The notes beneath the pieces were generated by a model. It made no database searches and had not been told where the DNA came from. It saw nothing but the letters and a program-made list of their open reading frames with translations. Positions 1 through 11,983 of a stretch of DNA of 53,106 bases are shown piece after piece. Position 1 is the first letter of the stretch; every line of letters begins with the position of its first letter. The translations under genes and the position numbers were made by a program. The DNA comes from Octopus sinensis (taxonomy: Eukaryota), in contig NW_021833918.1 of the NCBI RefSeq assembly GCF_006345805.1, forward strand, positions 1 through 53,106, read 5' to 3'.

Positions 1-21
1 TATATTATATAATAATAGTAT

Positions 22-252
22 AGGCGGCGAGCTGGCAGAAACGTTAGCACGCCGGCGAAATGCTTTGTGGTATTTCGTCTGTCGTTACGTTCTGAGTTCA
101 AATTCCGCCGAGGTCGACTTTGCCTTTCATCCTTCCGGGGTCGATAAATAAAAGTACCAGTTTCGCACTGGGTCGATGTAATCGGCTTAATCCGTTTGTC
201 TATCCTTGTTTGTCCCCTCTATGTTTAGCCCCTTGTGGGTAATAGAGAAATA
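22..252 (+). mobile_element. tRNA-derived SINE family A
   Basis: ggcgagctggcagaaacgttagcac...gagttcaaattccgccgaggtcgactttgcctttcatcc; near-identical copies at 4967-5188 (+), 21998-22220 (-), 25866-26085 (+) and a partial copy at 43868-44010 (-). Confidence 0.85.
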
Positions 253-1408
253 TATATATATATTAAAAGCCTCGTGGTGGTGTGTGTGTATATATATATG
301 GTTGTATATATGTATGTGTATTATATCTGTATTATATATATAAATATTATGTGTATATATATGTGTGGTATATATCTGTATTTAATATAAATATGTATGT
401 GTCTATATATGTGTGGTTATATATCTGTATATATATTATTATATGTGGTGTGTATATATATGTGTATATATATGTTTGTATATGTGTATGTATATATAAT
501 GTTTGTATATGTGTGTGTATATATATATGTTGTATATGTGTGTGTGTATTGTATATATGTTGTATATGTGTATATATATATATGTTGTTATAGGTGTATA
601 TAGATATATGTTTGTATATATGTGATGTGTATATATATGTGTGTGTGTGTATGTGTACATGTTGTGTAGATATATGATATGTGTGATGTATGTATATGTA
701 CATGTTTGTGTAGATATATATATATATGGGTGTGTGTATAAATGTGTGTATATGCGATCCAGAGTGCGTTATCTAATAATGGCTTTTCAAAAGGCTATTA
801 TGTTTAAAGGATCATTAGCCAATATTCGATTCATTCACAACATTACCTGGCGTACGCCCATGCATGGTACGCATTGTGTGTGTGTACATCACTGTATCTA
901 CCTGTACCTCTCCTCCTCCTACTCTCTCTCTCTCTCTCTCTCTCTCGTGTGTGTGTGTGTGTTTTATTACCTTGTACTGTGTCAACCTGGTTTTATTTCT
1001 CTTTTAAATTTCTTCTTGATCTAAATTGATTGTTGAAAATACAAAGGAACTAACCTTGTGACTTTCTCGTCGGACACCTTATTAGCTGGACAGGGGACGG
1101 GAGGGAAAGGGTTCTGTGGGGGTGGGTGTGTGTGCAGTGGGGGTGCGGTGGGGGCATCAGGAAAGAGATCAAATATAGGTGTGGTCAGTTCGTTGAGACG
1201 GATCTCTTTGTAGTTTCTTGTGTAAAGTCATGCTTCATTGATTACTGGAAAACTTGCTCTACCAGATCAAACTTAAAATGTTTGTGTCTGTTTCTCTCAC
1301 TGTGTGTGTGTGTGTGTGTGCATGGCTCTTTCTTACTATGTGTGTACGTGTGTGTACCTGTATATATATATGATATATATATATGTATATGTATACCTAT
1401 TACTCATT

Positions 1409-1735
1409 ATTGTTTCAGTCATTTGACTGCAGGCCATGCTGGTGCACCGCCTTTAGTGAGCAAATCGACCCCAGGACTTATTCTTTGTAAGCCCAGTACT
1501 TATTCTATCGGTCTCTCTCTTGCCAAACCGCTAAGTGATGGGGGCATAAACACACCATCATCGGTTGTCAAGCATGCTAGGGGGATAAACACACACACAC
1601 ACACATAATATATATACGGACGGGCTTCTTTCAGTTTCTGCCTACCAATCCACTCACAAAGCTCTGGTTGGCCCGAGGCCATAATAGAAGACACTTGCCC
1701 AACGTGTCACACAGGGACTGAACCTGGAACCTCAA
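1409..1735 (-). mobile_element. tRNA-derived SINE family B
   Basis: Reverse complement of the family consensus ggagtggctgtgtggtaag...gggttcagtcccactgc...gactgaaacaagtaaaagag. Confidence 0.8.
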
Positions 1736-1739
1736 GAAT

Positions 1740-2150
1740 GGCCCCCTGGGAGCTCCCCGATGCTGATGAACTTGCTCTTATAGCTGAATCACTAACTGAA
1801 CGAGAGAATTTTCAGGTGTGAAAGTAGGGTCTAGAATCGAAGGTGCCTTTGAGTTAACTGTAGCAAAAACCAAAGTCTTAGTAAGTAGGAAGGCAGACAA
1901 ATCACAAATCCCTTCAGGTAGATGACCCTGCTTGATCTGTAGAAAAGGCAAAGGTAGAAACTCCATAAGATGTACCCAGTGTATGTACCCAGCTATGGAC
2001 ACATAAGTGGTGCAGCAATACCGGAGGAAGGTTAACAGGGAAGATAGTTTTTGTGTGTGGAAGGTACACATGTACAACAAAACACCAAAAATGTACAGAA
2101 AATAGGCTCCATCACACACCAGAGGAAAACACTAGAAATAGTTGATAGCT
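1740..2150 (-). mobile_element. Highly decayed CR1/L2-like RT fragment
   Basis: Across frames: QGHLPEGIC, LKGTFDSRP and SGSSQGAIL echo the RT motifs QHGFRxGRSC, KAFDxVPH and SGVPQGSIL. Confidence 0.35.
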
Positions 2151-2248
2151 TCCGTTACCTAGGTGACTAAATCAGTAGCAGGGGTGGATGCCTTAGAACA
2201 TACCTACTAGAATAAGAATTGGCTTAGCATATTTAAGAGAGAGAAATT

Positions 2249-2650
2249 CATCATCATCATCATCATCGTTTAAAGTCCGTTTTCCGCGTAGCACGGGTTG
2301 ACGGTTCGACGGGGTTGTGGGGCCAGGCTGCTCCAGCTCAGTCTGATCTGGCAGTGTTTCTACAGCTGGATGCCCTTCCTAACGCAACGACTCGCAAATG
2401 TAGTGGGTACTTGTTTACATGCCACCTGCACAGGTGCAAGAGGGTGTTGGCATCGCCAGATTGGTTGGTGCTTTTTTAGTGCCACTCACAGAGCCAGTCG
2501 AGGCAGGCTGGCATCGGCCACATTCGGATGGTGTTTTTATGTGCACCAGCATGGAAGGGTCGAGGCTGTGCTGGCATCGGAACACTCGGAAGGTGCTTTT
2601 TTATGTGCCCCAGCACAGAGGCCAGTCGAGGCGGGGCTGGCATCGTACAT
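2249..2650 (-). mobile_element. SINE family C, (GAT)n tail, internal gtgccacc..ggc minisatellite
   Basis: (cat)n cgtttaa..gtccg..ttcc...cagctggatgcccttcctaacgc; also at 4715-4935, 6030-6180 (+), 11575-11770, 21123-21340, 28700-28945 and 40354-40830. Confidence 0.7.
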
Positions 2651-2782
2651 GTACATTATTTACAATTGATGGATATTTGTTCTCAAACAAGATGAGGACA
2701 AATATCCGTCAATTGTAAATAATGTAAATTTTGTCTGATGTCTTAACAATACTCTGCCAGCTCTCTGCTTTTGGTCCTTATG

Positions 2783-3210
2783 CCCTTTCGTTACCGTATT
2801 TATTTTGAGATGTTCTGTGTTTCTTTCAATTAATTTTAAATATAACAAAGAATTTAGTAAATTAACTTCGTTATCATTCAGCTAGTGTTAGGAACATAAA
2901 TTGTGACTAAGGTTTGGTGAAAGATTTTAATTCAAAACTTATGAAAACAAGACATTTGTACTCAGAGCCAGAGGCTGTTTCAGCCAGGTTGGTATTAAAA
3001 GGGTTAAGAATTGTTTCTCTATTATATATTTTAACCCTTTTGTTACTGTATTTCTGTTGAGATGCTCTGTGTTTCTTTCAATTAATTTTAAATATAACAA
3101 AGAATTTAGTAAAATAACTTGGTTATCATTAAGCTAGTGTTAGGAACATAAATTGTGACTAAGGTTTCGTGGAAGATTTTAATTCAAAACTTATGAAAAC
3201 AAGACATTTA
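2783..3210. mobile_element. piggyBac-like MITE, 2 tandem copies
   Basis: TTAA-CCCTTT(T/C)GTTAC...AAAGGG-TTAA ends. Confidence 0.7.
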
Positions 3211-3808
3211 TGAATGGTGGTATATTAATGATTTAGCATTTAAACTGGCCATATCCGGTGCAAATATGCTGGCCGTTTTTATATTGAAAGCAACCAAATC
3301 CAGCCTATCACATTATCAAAAGTTCTGAAGCTACGAGATAATGCATGATTAATTAAAAATAATGTGAATGAGAAAGCATTACGTTTGCCCGAATAATCTG
3401 AACACTAAGGGATTAATATACTGCGTGTATATATGTGTGTATATATTGATTTGTATATGCAGTTTGTCAGATGAAGTGTAGATGTAATCCCATTGGGCCA
3501 TCTTTATTACTGAGTATGTCATACCAGTTCTGAAGACCTCGTTAAGACTACTCATGTCCGTGGTGTACTCAGCTGCTTCGCACACTAATTGCACGCGCAG
3601 GTAATTAAGTCGATCGGAGATCTGATCATTAAAACCGAGAGAGATCGGTTTACTGTTTAATTAATAGGCTTGTATTTCAATGCGTGTGCGTTCGTTTGAG
3701 TGCACGGCCGGGTGTGGACGGTGGGTGGATGCGGGTTTGTGAATGAGTCTTTATATGTATGTCCAGGAGTGGTTTTCCCTGTGTGTGTGTGTGTGTGTGT
3801 ATGTATAT

Positions 3809-3844
<36 letters not shown>

Positions 3845-3952
3845 TTCTGCATTGATGTCTGTACAAAGCTTGTCAGGTGAACTGTTAGTCCTTTCACTCG
3901 TTTCCGTCATTGAGCTGTGGCCATGCTGGGGCACTTCCTCGAAGGGCTTTAG

Positions 3953-4250
3953 CAGGAGTGGCTGTGTGGTAAGTAGCTTGCTTACCAACCACACGGTTCC
4001 GGGTTCAGTCCCACTGCATGGCACCTTGGGAAAGTGTCTTCTACTATAGCCTCGGGCCGACCAAAGCCTTGTGAGTGGATTTGGTAGATGGAAACTGAAA
4101 GAAGCCTGTCGTATTGTACATATGTATATATATATGTGTGTGTGTTTGTGTGTCTGTGTTTGTTCCCCTCAACATCGCTTAACAACCGATGCTGGTATGT
4201 TTACGTCCCCGTTACTTAGCGGTTCGGCAAAAGAGACCGATGGTCCAAAG
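3953..4250 (+). mobile_element. SINE family B copy (3' truncated)
   Basis: Family B head and internal (TA/TG) tract. Confidence 0.8.
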
Positions 4251-4465
4251 CTGTAGTAAAAGAACTTTCCCAAGGTGCCATGCAGTGAGTCAGTGCCACA
4301 TGGTGGAACTGTACCAGGAACCATGTGGTTGGAAAGCAAATTTCTTATCACACAGCCACACCTGTATATTTTATTGTGTTGTATTGTATTGTATTTTTGT
4401 TTCTGTTTTTTGTTTTTTTGCCTCACCTGTTTTCTAATGGTTCCTTGTCTCTTGTATTCTTTCAG

Positions 4466-4592
4466 ATATATTGCAACTCCGATTGGGAAAAGTTTGGGCA
4501 TTCGGGAAATTAATCACCGGAAACCATCTCCATGCATTTATTTAGAGGAAGCTTTCAAGAAAAGCAGAACCCCCAGCCACCAGGCGTTAGAA
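4466..4592 (+). CDS. CERS: Ceramide synthase, first exon found (internal; N-terminal part of Hox-like region)
   Basis: ttctttcAG|a ... gaa|GTaggt; 127 bp, translates (R)YIATPIGKSLGIREINHRKPSPCIYLEEAFKKSRTPSHQALE; ends in phase 0, in frame with the next exon. Confidence 0.8.
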
Positions 4593-4966
4593 GTAGGTCC
4601 CTGGATTTCTTTTACTATTCCTTCTTGTACAAATTGTTTCTTTCTGAATATTTTTTTGTATTTTGTTGCCATTAGCATCATCATCCTCATCACTACCACC
4701 ATCATCATTGTCATCATTTAATGTCTACTGTTCCATGCTTGTGTGGCTCAGATGGAGTTCATTGAGGCATCTTTTCTACAGTCGGATGCCCTTCCTGTTG
4801 CCAAACCTCACCTGTTTCCAAGCAACGTAATGCTTCCCCATGGCCAGAAATTTTCTCACAGAATATTGGAAAGGAAAGACACCGCTTGTAGGGCAATGGC
4901 ACTCATTTACGACTATCACATGATGTCAAGACAAGGAGGACATACATACATACATAAAGGCAGCGA

Positions 4967-5188
4967 GCTGGCAGAATCGTTAGCACGCCGGGCGAAATGC
5001 TTAGCGGTATTTTGTCTGTCGTTACGTTCTGAGTTCAAATTCCGCCGAGGTCGACTTTGCCTTTCATCCTTTCGGGGTCGATAAATAAAGTACCAGTTAC
5101 GCACTGGGGTCAATATAATCGACTTAATCCGTTTGTCTGTCCTTGTTTGTCCCCTCTATGTTTAGCCTCTTGTGAGCAACAAAGAAAT
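4967..5188 (+). mobile_element. SINE family A copy
   Basis: High identity to 22-252. Confidence 0.85.
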
Positions 5189-5199
5189 ATACATACATA

Positions 5200-5590
5200 C
5201 CTGATATTATGATTTAGGATAGAGAAGAGAAACTGTGCACAGTTGTGGAAATTAGCTGCCCAGTGGATGTTAACATAAAGCTGAAGATCAGTGGAAAAGA
5301 GAACACCTATGCTGAACTATTGAGAAATCTGCAGTTACTCTATCCAGATTACAAGTTGGGGCTTATACATGTAATTATTGGGGTCCTGGGATATATAACA
5401 CATTGCCTAAATACCAATCTTGAGAAATTAGGCTTCTCAAAACCAGAAAGGAGAAAGCTAATTTGAAGACTACAGATCCAATCCATCACCGGAACTGTAA
5501 AAATCTTTAAAACTTTCCAGATGTTTATCATTTAAACATATAAGAGCATGTCTAGACATGGGAATGCAGACATAAAACACATACATACCC
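5200..5590 (+). mobile_element. 3' remnant of a REL-endonuclease LINE (R4/Dong/NeSL-like)
   Basis: EISCPVDVNIKLKISGKENTYAELLRNLQLLYPDY..IIGVLG resembles the restriction-like endonuclease C-terminus (PxD...EK..KY...IGALG); internal stop; (ACAT)n tail. Confidence 0.65.
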
Positions 5591-6199
5591 AGCCACCTAC
5601 CCTGTTGTTGATGTTGAAATTCCAATGAAGGAACCTTACACCTAGGTTAGAAACCAGTTCTTTATTGGCAAGAAATCTTGAAATAAATTAAATAATGGGA
5701 CACACACACACACACACGCATACACAAATACGTGTGTGTGTGTGTGTGTATAAAGTGCTCTTCAAAGCTATAAAACCTGAGCATTGGCTGTTTTTTCTTG
5801 CGAACTATATTCTACCCAAATTCATGGAACTTGGCTTTAGATAAGAAATGGAGTTAAAGAAGGCAATGCAATATTCAAATTTGTAGAAATCCCCAAATAA
5901 ATGAGATAATAATTCAAAAGAACAAAGAGAACCAGAAACCCCTTTTTCAAAACTCTTATGCCAGGTTGAATAATGTTGCAAAAATGATGCAAGACAGGGA
6001 AATTATGATATATATCAATGATATATATTGGAGTGGTTGGCGTTAGGAAGGGCATCCAGCTGTAGAAAGTCTGCCAAATCAAGATTGGAGACTGGTGCAA
6101 CCATCTGGTTCGCCAGCCTTAGTCAAAATCGTCCAACCCATGCTAGCATGGAAAGCGGACGTTAAACGATGATGATGATGATATTGATGGGTTTAGATG

Positions 6200-6440
6200 T
6201 CCAGATGTTTAGATGGGCTGGATACGTTGCCCGGCTCACCGATGATCGGTGGACCCGCACAGTTGTCGAGTGGTACCGACCACTCGGAAGGCCTCCACAA
6301 TGGTGGAGTTACAATTTCAGGAGTGCGATTGGGATCACGTGGATGAGAAAGGCGCGATCCAGAGAGGAGAGGACAGCATGCTGTGACCAGCGATGTCAAA
6401 CGGACGCCCGACGGACTGGTCGGTCAAGGTGATCAATGAT
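6200..6440 (+). mobile_element. RTE-clade LINE 3' fragment
   Basis: RWAGYVARLTDDRWTRTVVEWYRPLGRPPQWW...W..KAR.R. Confidence 0.75.
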
Positions 6441-6824
6441 ATTCTGATGCAATATCTTAAGAGTAATGTGTTTGACTGCAGCTTCCTGAATTACTCCAAA
6501 GTCTCGCGGTTTCATGCTCCTAATCAACCGCTGCAGCGGATCAAGTGGAACCTCTTCCTAGGGATCTTTTATTGCCATGTCAAGTTCATCCACTGACGAA
6601 TACACATTGGCTGGGTGATTAAGAAGCTAACGAGACTAATAGAAAAAATACCAGGATTTCAAAAAAAAGAAGTCCTGGGGCTGACTTGCTCGACTAAAAT
6701 ACTTCAAGGCATTGCCCCAGCATGGCTGCAGTCTGTCTGAAACAAATTAAAAAAAAAAATATTAAAAAATTAAAATAAAGTATAAGTAATTTATTGCACT
6801 TAAGTTTCAACAACAAAATCTTAT

Positions 6825-7519
6825 GAGAGGGTGGGGCTGAAAAGTTCCTAGCTTCAAGTAAAAGAAAATAGAGGAGGATCAGTTAATTATGATTTTATTC
6901 AGCATATTCCCCTCTTAGGTTCACACACTTATTGCTGTAGTCCTTCAGTTTTTCTAAACCCTATAAAAGAACTCGGAAGTTTGGGCTCCTAACCAAGCAT
7001 TTCACGACACCCTTAAAGCTAAGACCTTTTCTGCCCCGACCTCATATATATATTTTATACATACATATGAGGAGTGTTGAAAAGTTCCTGGCTTTGGGTA
7101 AAAGAAAATACAGGAGGATCAGTTAATTATGATTTTATCCAATACATTCCCCTCTCAGATTCACACACTTATTGCAGCGGTCCTTCAGTTTTTATAAGCC
7201 CTGTAAAAAAACTTGGAGGGTCAGGCCTTGAACCAGGCATATAACGACACCCTTACAGCCAGGGATTTTCTGTACCCCTTCATATATATATTTTATATAT
7301 ACATATGAGGAGTGTTGAAAAGTTCCTGGCTTGGGTAAAAGAAAACACAGGAGGATCAGTTAATTATGATTTTATCCAACATATTCCCTTCTCAAATTCA
7401 CACACTTATTGCAGGGGTCCTTCAGTTTTTCTAAACCCTGTGAAAGAACTCGGAAGGTTGGGCCTCAAACCAAGCATTTCACGACACCCTTAAAGCCAGG
7501 AACTTTTCAGCACCCCTTG
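6825..7519. mobile_element. Three tandem mariner-type MITEs (about 215 bp each)
   Basis: TIR gagg.gtgttgaaaagttcctggct / agccaggaacttttcagcacccct; copies at 6825-7043, 7069-7281 and 7307-7519. Confidence 0.8.
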
Positions 7520-7761
7520 TGTGATATACTATAAAAGATTCCCATGATGTTGGGAAATCCAGTCTCTGCTCAGTCACCGTGAGTTTGAAAACCCAAGATA
7601 CAAGCGATCAGACGAACTATAAAAAGAAGGCAGAGATACATAACATTCCTGATGTCGGTTGTTTGACATAGTTGCTGTGTCATGCAGTCGAACAAGGTCA
7701 TCCCATGACCTGTATTACTTAACAAGGCTAGAAGTTTGATGAAAGAGCTGATCCAGGCATT

Positions 7762-8492
7762 TAACCCTTTCGTTACTGTATTTATTTTGAGATGTTCTGT
7801 GTTTCTTTCAATTACTTTAAATATAACAAAGATTTTAGTAAAATAACTTAGTTTATCATTCAGCTAGTGTTAGGAACATAAATTGTGACTAAGGTTTGGT
7901 GGAAGATTTTAATTCAAAACTTATGAAAACAAGACATTTATACTCAGAGCCAGAGACTGTTTCAGGCAGGTTGGTATCAAAAGGGTTAAGAATTGTTTCT
8001 CTATTATATATTTTAACCCTTTTGTTACCATATTTCTATTGAGGTGCTCTGTGTTTCTTTCAATTACTTTAAATATAACAAAGAATTTAGTAAAATAACT
8101 TAGTTTATCATTCAGCTAGTGTTAGGAACATAAATTGTGACTAAAGTTTGGTGGAAGATTTTAATTCAGAACTTATGAAAACAAGACATTTATACTCAGA
8201 GCCAGAGACTGTTTCAGGCAGGTTGGTATCAAAAGGGTTAAGAATTGTTTCTCTATTATATATTTTAACCCTTTTGTTACCATATTTCTGTTGAGATGCT
8301 CTGTGTTTCTTTCAATTACTTTAAATATAACAAAGAATTTAGTAAAATATCTTCGTTATCGTTAAGCTAATGTTAGGAACATAAATTGTGACTAAGGTTT
8401 GGTGGAAGATTTTAATTCAAAACTTATGGAAACAAGACATTCATACTAAAGAGCCAAAGCCGGTTTCAGCCGGGTTGGTAACGAAAGGGTTA
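7762..8492. mobile_element. piggyBac-like MITE, 3 tandem copies
   Basis: Same family as 2783-3210; TTAA at each junction. Confidence 0.8.
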
Positions 8493-8839
8493 AACAGGAG
8501 GCAGGTGGAGATTAACCCTTTAGAATATAATGTAGCCATATCTGGCACAAATACTCCACCTGTTTTATGGTAAAACTGACCAGATCCAATGTCTCGAACC
8601 TACTCTGCAATGTCATTCTAAAAACAGGCAAATGTTACAGGCAAATCATCCCTCATCCCTCAACAAAATCACTCCTGTCTTTAATCCTTTGATATTTAAT
8701 CCAGCCATATCTGGCCTAAATATTTCTACCTGTTTTATGTTGGAACTGACCAGATCTGGCCTTCACACTGACCCTACAATGTCATTCCAAAATTGGTGGG
8801 GGGGAGGGTAGCAGCCAAACATAGCTGTATGGTTGAGAA

Positions 8840-9262
8840 GATCATGTTATGTGGAGAGAATCCCTGGAGAAGGACATCATGCTCGGAATGGTCAGTGGCA
8901 AGAGAGGAAGAGGTCGACGAAGAACCCGCTGGCTTGAGACACCATCAAGAGTGATACCGGAATGGACATAGCCAGTCTGAAAGAAGCGGCCCAGGATAGA
9001 ACTGATTGGAGGACACTGATCCATCGAGTGACCGAGAGTCGACTTTGACTGAGCAGATAGATAGATAGATGGAGCTCGGAATGGTCAGTGGCAAGAGAGG
9101 AAGAGGCTGACCAAGAACCCGCTGGCTTGACACCATCAAGAGTGATACCGGAATGGACATAGCCAGTCTGAAAGAAGCGGCCCAGGATAGAACTGACTGG
9201 AGGACACTGATCCATCGAGTGACCGAGAGTCAACTTCGACTGAGCGGATAGAGAGATAGATG
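8840..9262 (+). mobile_element. RTE-clade LINE 3' end, tandemly duplicated
   Basis: DTIKSDTGMDIASLKEAAQDRTDWRTLIHRVTESR appears twice (about 8880-9070 and 9075-9260), each followed by a (GATA)n tail. Confidence 0.75.
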
Positions 9263-9366
9263 TCTCCCTAATAAGTTTCTAGCCTTATGATAATTCCTTG
9301 TCGTCGTCATCGGCGGCATTGTCAATATTCTTATTAATATTATTTTCGTTTCTTATTGTGTTTCAG

Positions 9367-9473
9367 AGTTATTCAAAGAAATTAGATCTTTCAGTAAGAC
9401 AGATCCAACGCTGGTTTCGTCTTCGAAGGAATCAAGACAAAGCAAACACGCTAACTAGATTTACAGAATCCTG
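9367..9473 (+). CDS. CERS: Ceramide synthase exon, Hox-like domain helix 3
   Basis: tttcAG|...tg|GTaatg; 107 bp; [35 protein letters not shown](C) matches the CerS homeodomain-like motif xQRWFRxRRNQDK. Confidence 0.95.
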
Positions 9474-9602
9474 GTAATGTACCAAAGTTTCTTTTACTTT
9501 TGCTAGGGGGGGAAAAAAACTCTTGTCCCCGTTTGATAATACCTTATGGCCCCAACCAATCAACCAAATTTGATGGGTGACTAATTACTATAAATAGACA
9601 TT

Positions 9603-9990
9603 GTAGGCGCTGGAGTGGCTGTGTGGTAAGTAGCTTGCTAACCAACCACATGGTTCCGGGTTCAGTCCCACTGCGTGGCATCTTGGGCAAGTGTCTTCTG
9701 CTATAGCCCCGGGCCGACCAATGCCTTGTGAGTGGATTTGGTAGACGGAAACTGAAAGAGGCCCGTCGTATACATGTATGTATATATATATATGTGTGTG
9801 TATGTGTTTGTGTGTCTGTGTTTGTCTTCCTAGCATTGCTTGACAACCAATGCTGGTGTGTTTATGTCCCCGTCACTTAATGGTTCGGCAAAAGAGACCG
9901 ATAGAATAAGTACTGGGCTTACAAAGATTTGCTCGACTAAAGGCGGTGCTCCAGCATGGCCACAGTCAAATGACTGAAACAAGTAAAAGA
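9603..9990 (+). mobile_element. SINE family B full-length copy
   Basis: Full head-to-tail match; other full copies at 29385-29756 (-), 33327-33757, 48440-48838, 49262-49665 and 50258-50600 (+). Confidence 0.85.
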
Positions 9991-10866
9991 GTGACAGATG
10001 TGGGTGTACGTTGCTAGAGTGTTGTAGGTGCTTTTATGTGATACCAGCATGTGTAAATTTAATGTGAAACTGGTAAAGTGTAGAAAATTACTATTTCTAA
10101 ATCTCACAACGAGAGATATTCAGCAAGAGTACTTTGTAGTAAAGAGTGTTTGCCAACATAACATGGCAGTCCTGGTTTAGGACGAATGTTGCTGTAATTT
10201 GGCCCCAGGAGACATCATCTCCAGCTGGCTATATGACACGATTCTAAACCAGGACTGCCATGTTATGTTGGCAAACAATCTTTACTCCAAAGTACTGTTG
10301 CTGAAAATCTCTCATTGTGAGATTTACGAATAGTAATTTTCTAATTTATAGATCAGTGACTAGTTGTCACTTTGAAAACTATATATTTTTAATGGGAATT
10401 TGACAGCGCCACCTCTAGCTGAACAATTATTCTGTGCTGATGAAGGGAAATAACCTGGAAATCGTGATACACAGATAGTGTTTTGAGCTGAGTGGGGGTG
10501 CTAGATTCCCTTGTTCGAAAATATAAGGACACAGATCGTGTCGTATAGCCAGCTGGAGACGATGTCTCCTGGGGCTAAATTACAGCAACATTCGTCCTAA
10601 ACCAGGACTGCCATGTTATGTTGGCAAAGTGTATTCCTATATTTTAAAATATAATTAAATTCTTATTAATTCTAATGTATTCTCTGTGCATTTTCGGCTT
10701 CATTTTATGTGTGTGTCTGTGTGTCACAAATGTGATATTTTGACGTTGTATGATGTTATGTGATAACCTGTCCCTGTGGGGATATTCATGGAACGGCATG
10801 ACACTGTTTCATAACACAGTATGATGCTGTTTGATATTATCTGACATATTTTTCTTTCCATTTCAG

Positions 10867-10924
10867 CTGGAGATTCACTTACTATTTAACCATATTGATA
10901 ATTGGTACTATAATATTGTATAAT
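10867..10924 (+). CDS. CERS: Ceramide synthase exon, start of TLC domain
   Basis: tttcAG|c...aat|GTgagt; 58 bp; (C)WRFTYYLTILIIGTIILYN. Confidence 0.93.
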
Positions 10925-11139
10925 GTGAGTATAATTAAAGCTACATCGTTAAATCTTTAATTTGATATTGTTATTATTAAAGCTGCGAGCTGGCAGGATC
11001 GTTAGCGTGCAGGGCACGGTCGTCACCCTGTGAGGTATTTCCAAAATACCCACATACCTGTTTTAACTTCGGAGAATCGATAAAGTACTGTCCCAGCAAA
11101 GTACTGGAGTCAGTTGTACCCTTTTCTAAAATGTATGTC

Positions 11140-11552
11140 CTTGTATCCTCCTCCTCTTCTTCCTCTTCCTCCTCTTCCTCATCTCCCTCTTCCTCCTCCT
11201 CCTCTTCTTCCTCATCTCCCTCTTCCTCCTCTACCTCTTGTTCCATCCTCCTCCTCCTCTTGTTCCATCCTCCTCTTCTTCTTCCTCCTATCCCTCTTCT
11301 TCTTCATCCTCCTCTGCCTCCTCCTATCCCTCTTCTTCTTCCCCTCCCCTCCGCCTCCTCCGCCTCTTGTTCCATCCTCCTCTTCTTCCTCTCCCTCTTC
11401 TTCCTCCTCCTCCCTCTTCTCCCTCTTCTCCCCCTCCTCCCTCTTCTCCCCCTCCCTCCTCCTCCTCTTCCTCCTCCTCTACCTCTTGTTCCATCCTCCT
11501 CTTCTTCCTCTCCCTCTTCTTCCTCCTCCTCCTCCTCCCCCTCTTCCTTGTT
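11140..11552. repeat. CT-rich (CCT/CTT)n low-complexity tract
   Basis: Direct inspection; similar tract at 51200-51570. Confidence 0.95.
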
Positions 11553-11932
11553 TTGACTTCCACTTTTCCAACCTTGCATGGGTCAGATGGAATTCATTGA
11601 GACAGATTTTCCACAGCCGGATGCCCTTCCTGGTGCCAACCCTCACCTCTTTCCAAAGCAAGGTAGCATCTTCTCATGGAGGGACCATACTGTCACAGAA
11701 GACTGGAAATGAACTACACTGCTCGTATAACAGTGCTACTTGTTTACAGCTGTCACCCAACACCAAAGCAAGGGGTGTGTTGCACAGTCAGCACGGCCCT
11801 CTTTTGGACTGGGTACACAGCTGAAAGACACAATTTATTTTTTTTTGTTATATTTTTGCTAATGTTTTTATTATTATTTTTGGATATTATTTTATTGTTT
11901 TTATTGTTCCATTTTTCTTTTCTTCTTTACAG

Positions 11933-11983
11933 AAAGTCTGGTTTTGGGATTCAACAGAATGCTGGCCGAATTACCCGCATCAG
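11933..11983 (+). CDS. CERS: Ceramide synthase exon
   Basis: ttctttacAG|...cag|GTatt; 51 bp; KVWFWDSTECWPNYPHQ (CerS KPWFWD...CWxxYP motif). Confidence 0.95.

Noticed and set aside
778-870. MAFQK...FIHNITWRT resembling the CerS N-terminal NxTW glycosylation site
   Set aside because: No WLP before it, no FER-type end and no phase-2 donor; likely coincidence
282-1024. Long Y/I/V/C/M- and H/T-rich ORFs here and at 16189-16581, 22097-23740, 28073-28711, 32507-33031, 44071-44489 and 45888-46270
   Set aside because: Translations of (TA)n, (TG)n and (TATG)n microsatellites
3488-3600. Open + frame ending cgcAG|GTaatt in the phase needed to join the 4466 exon
   Set aside because: The peptide (WAIFITEYVIPVLKTSLRLL...) does not resemble the CerS N-terminus and is preceded by a stop with no good acceptor
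6825-8492. Regularly spaced repeats suggestive of a CRISPR array
   Set aside because: Units are 215-230 bp MITEs with TIRs and constant spacers, in a eukaryotic context with no cas genes
10977-11824. Poly-E/S/P/R ORFs (also 51161-51705 and 16744-17392)
   Set aside because: Low-complexity trinucleotide repeats
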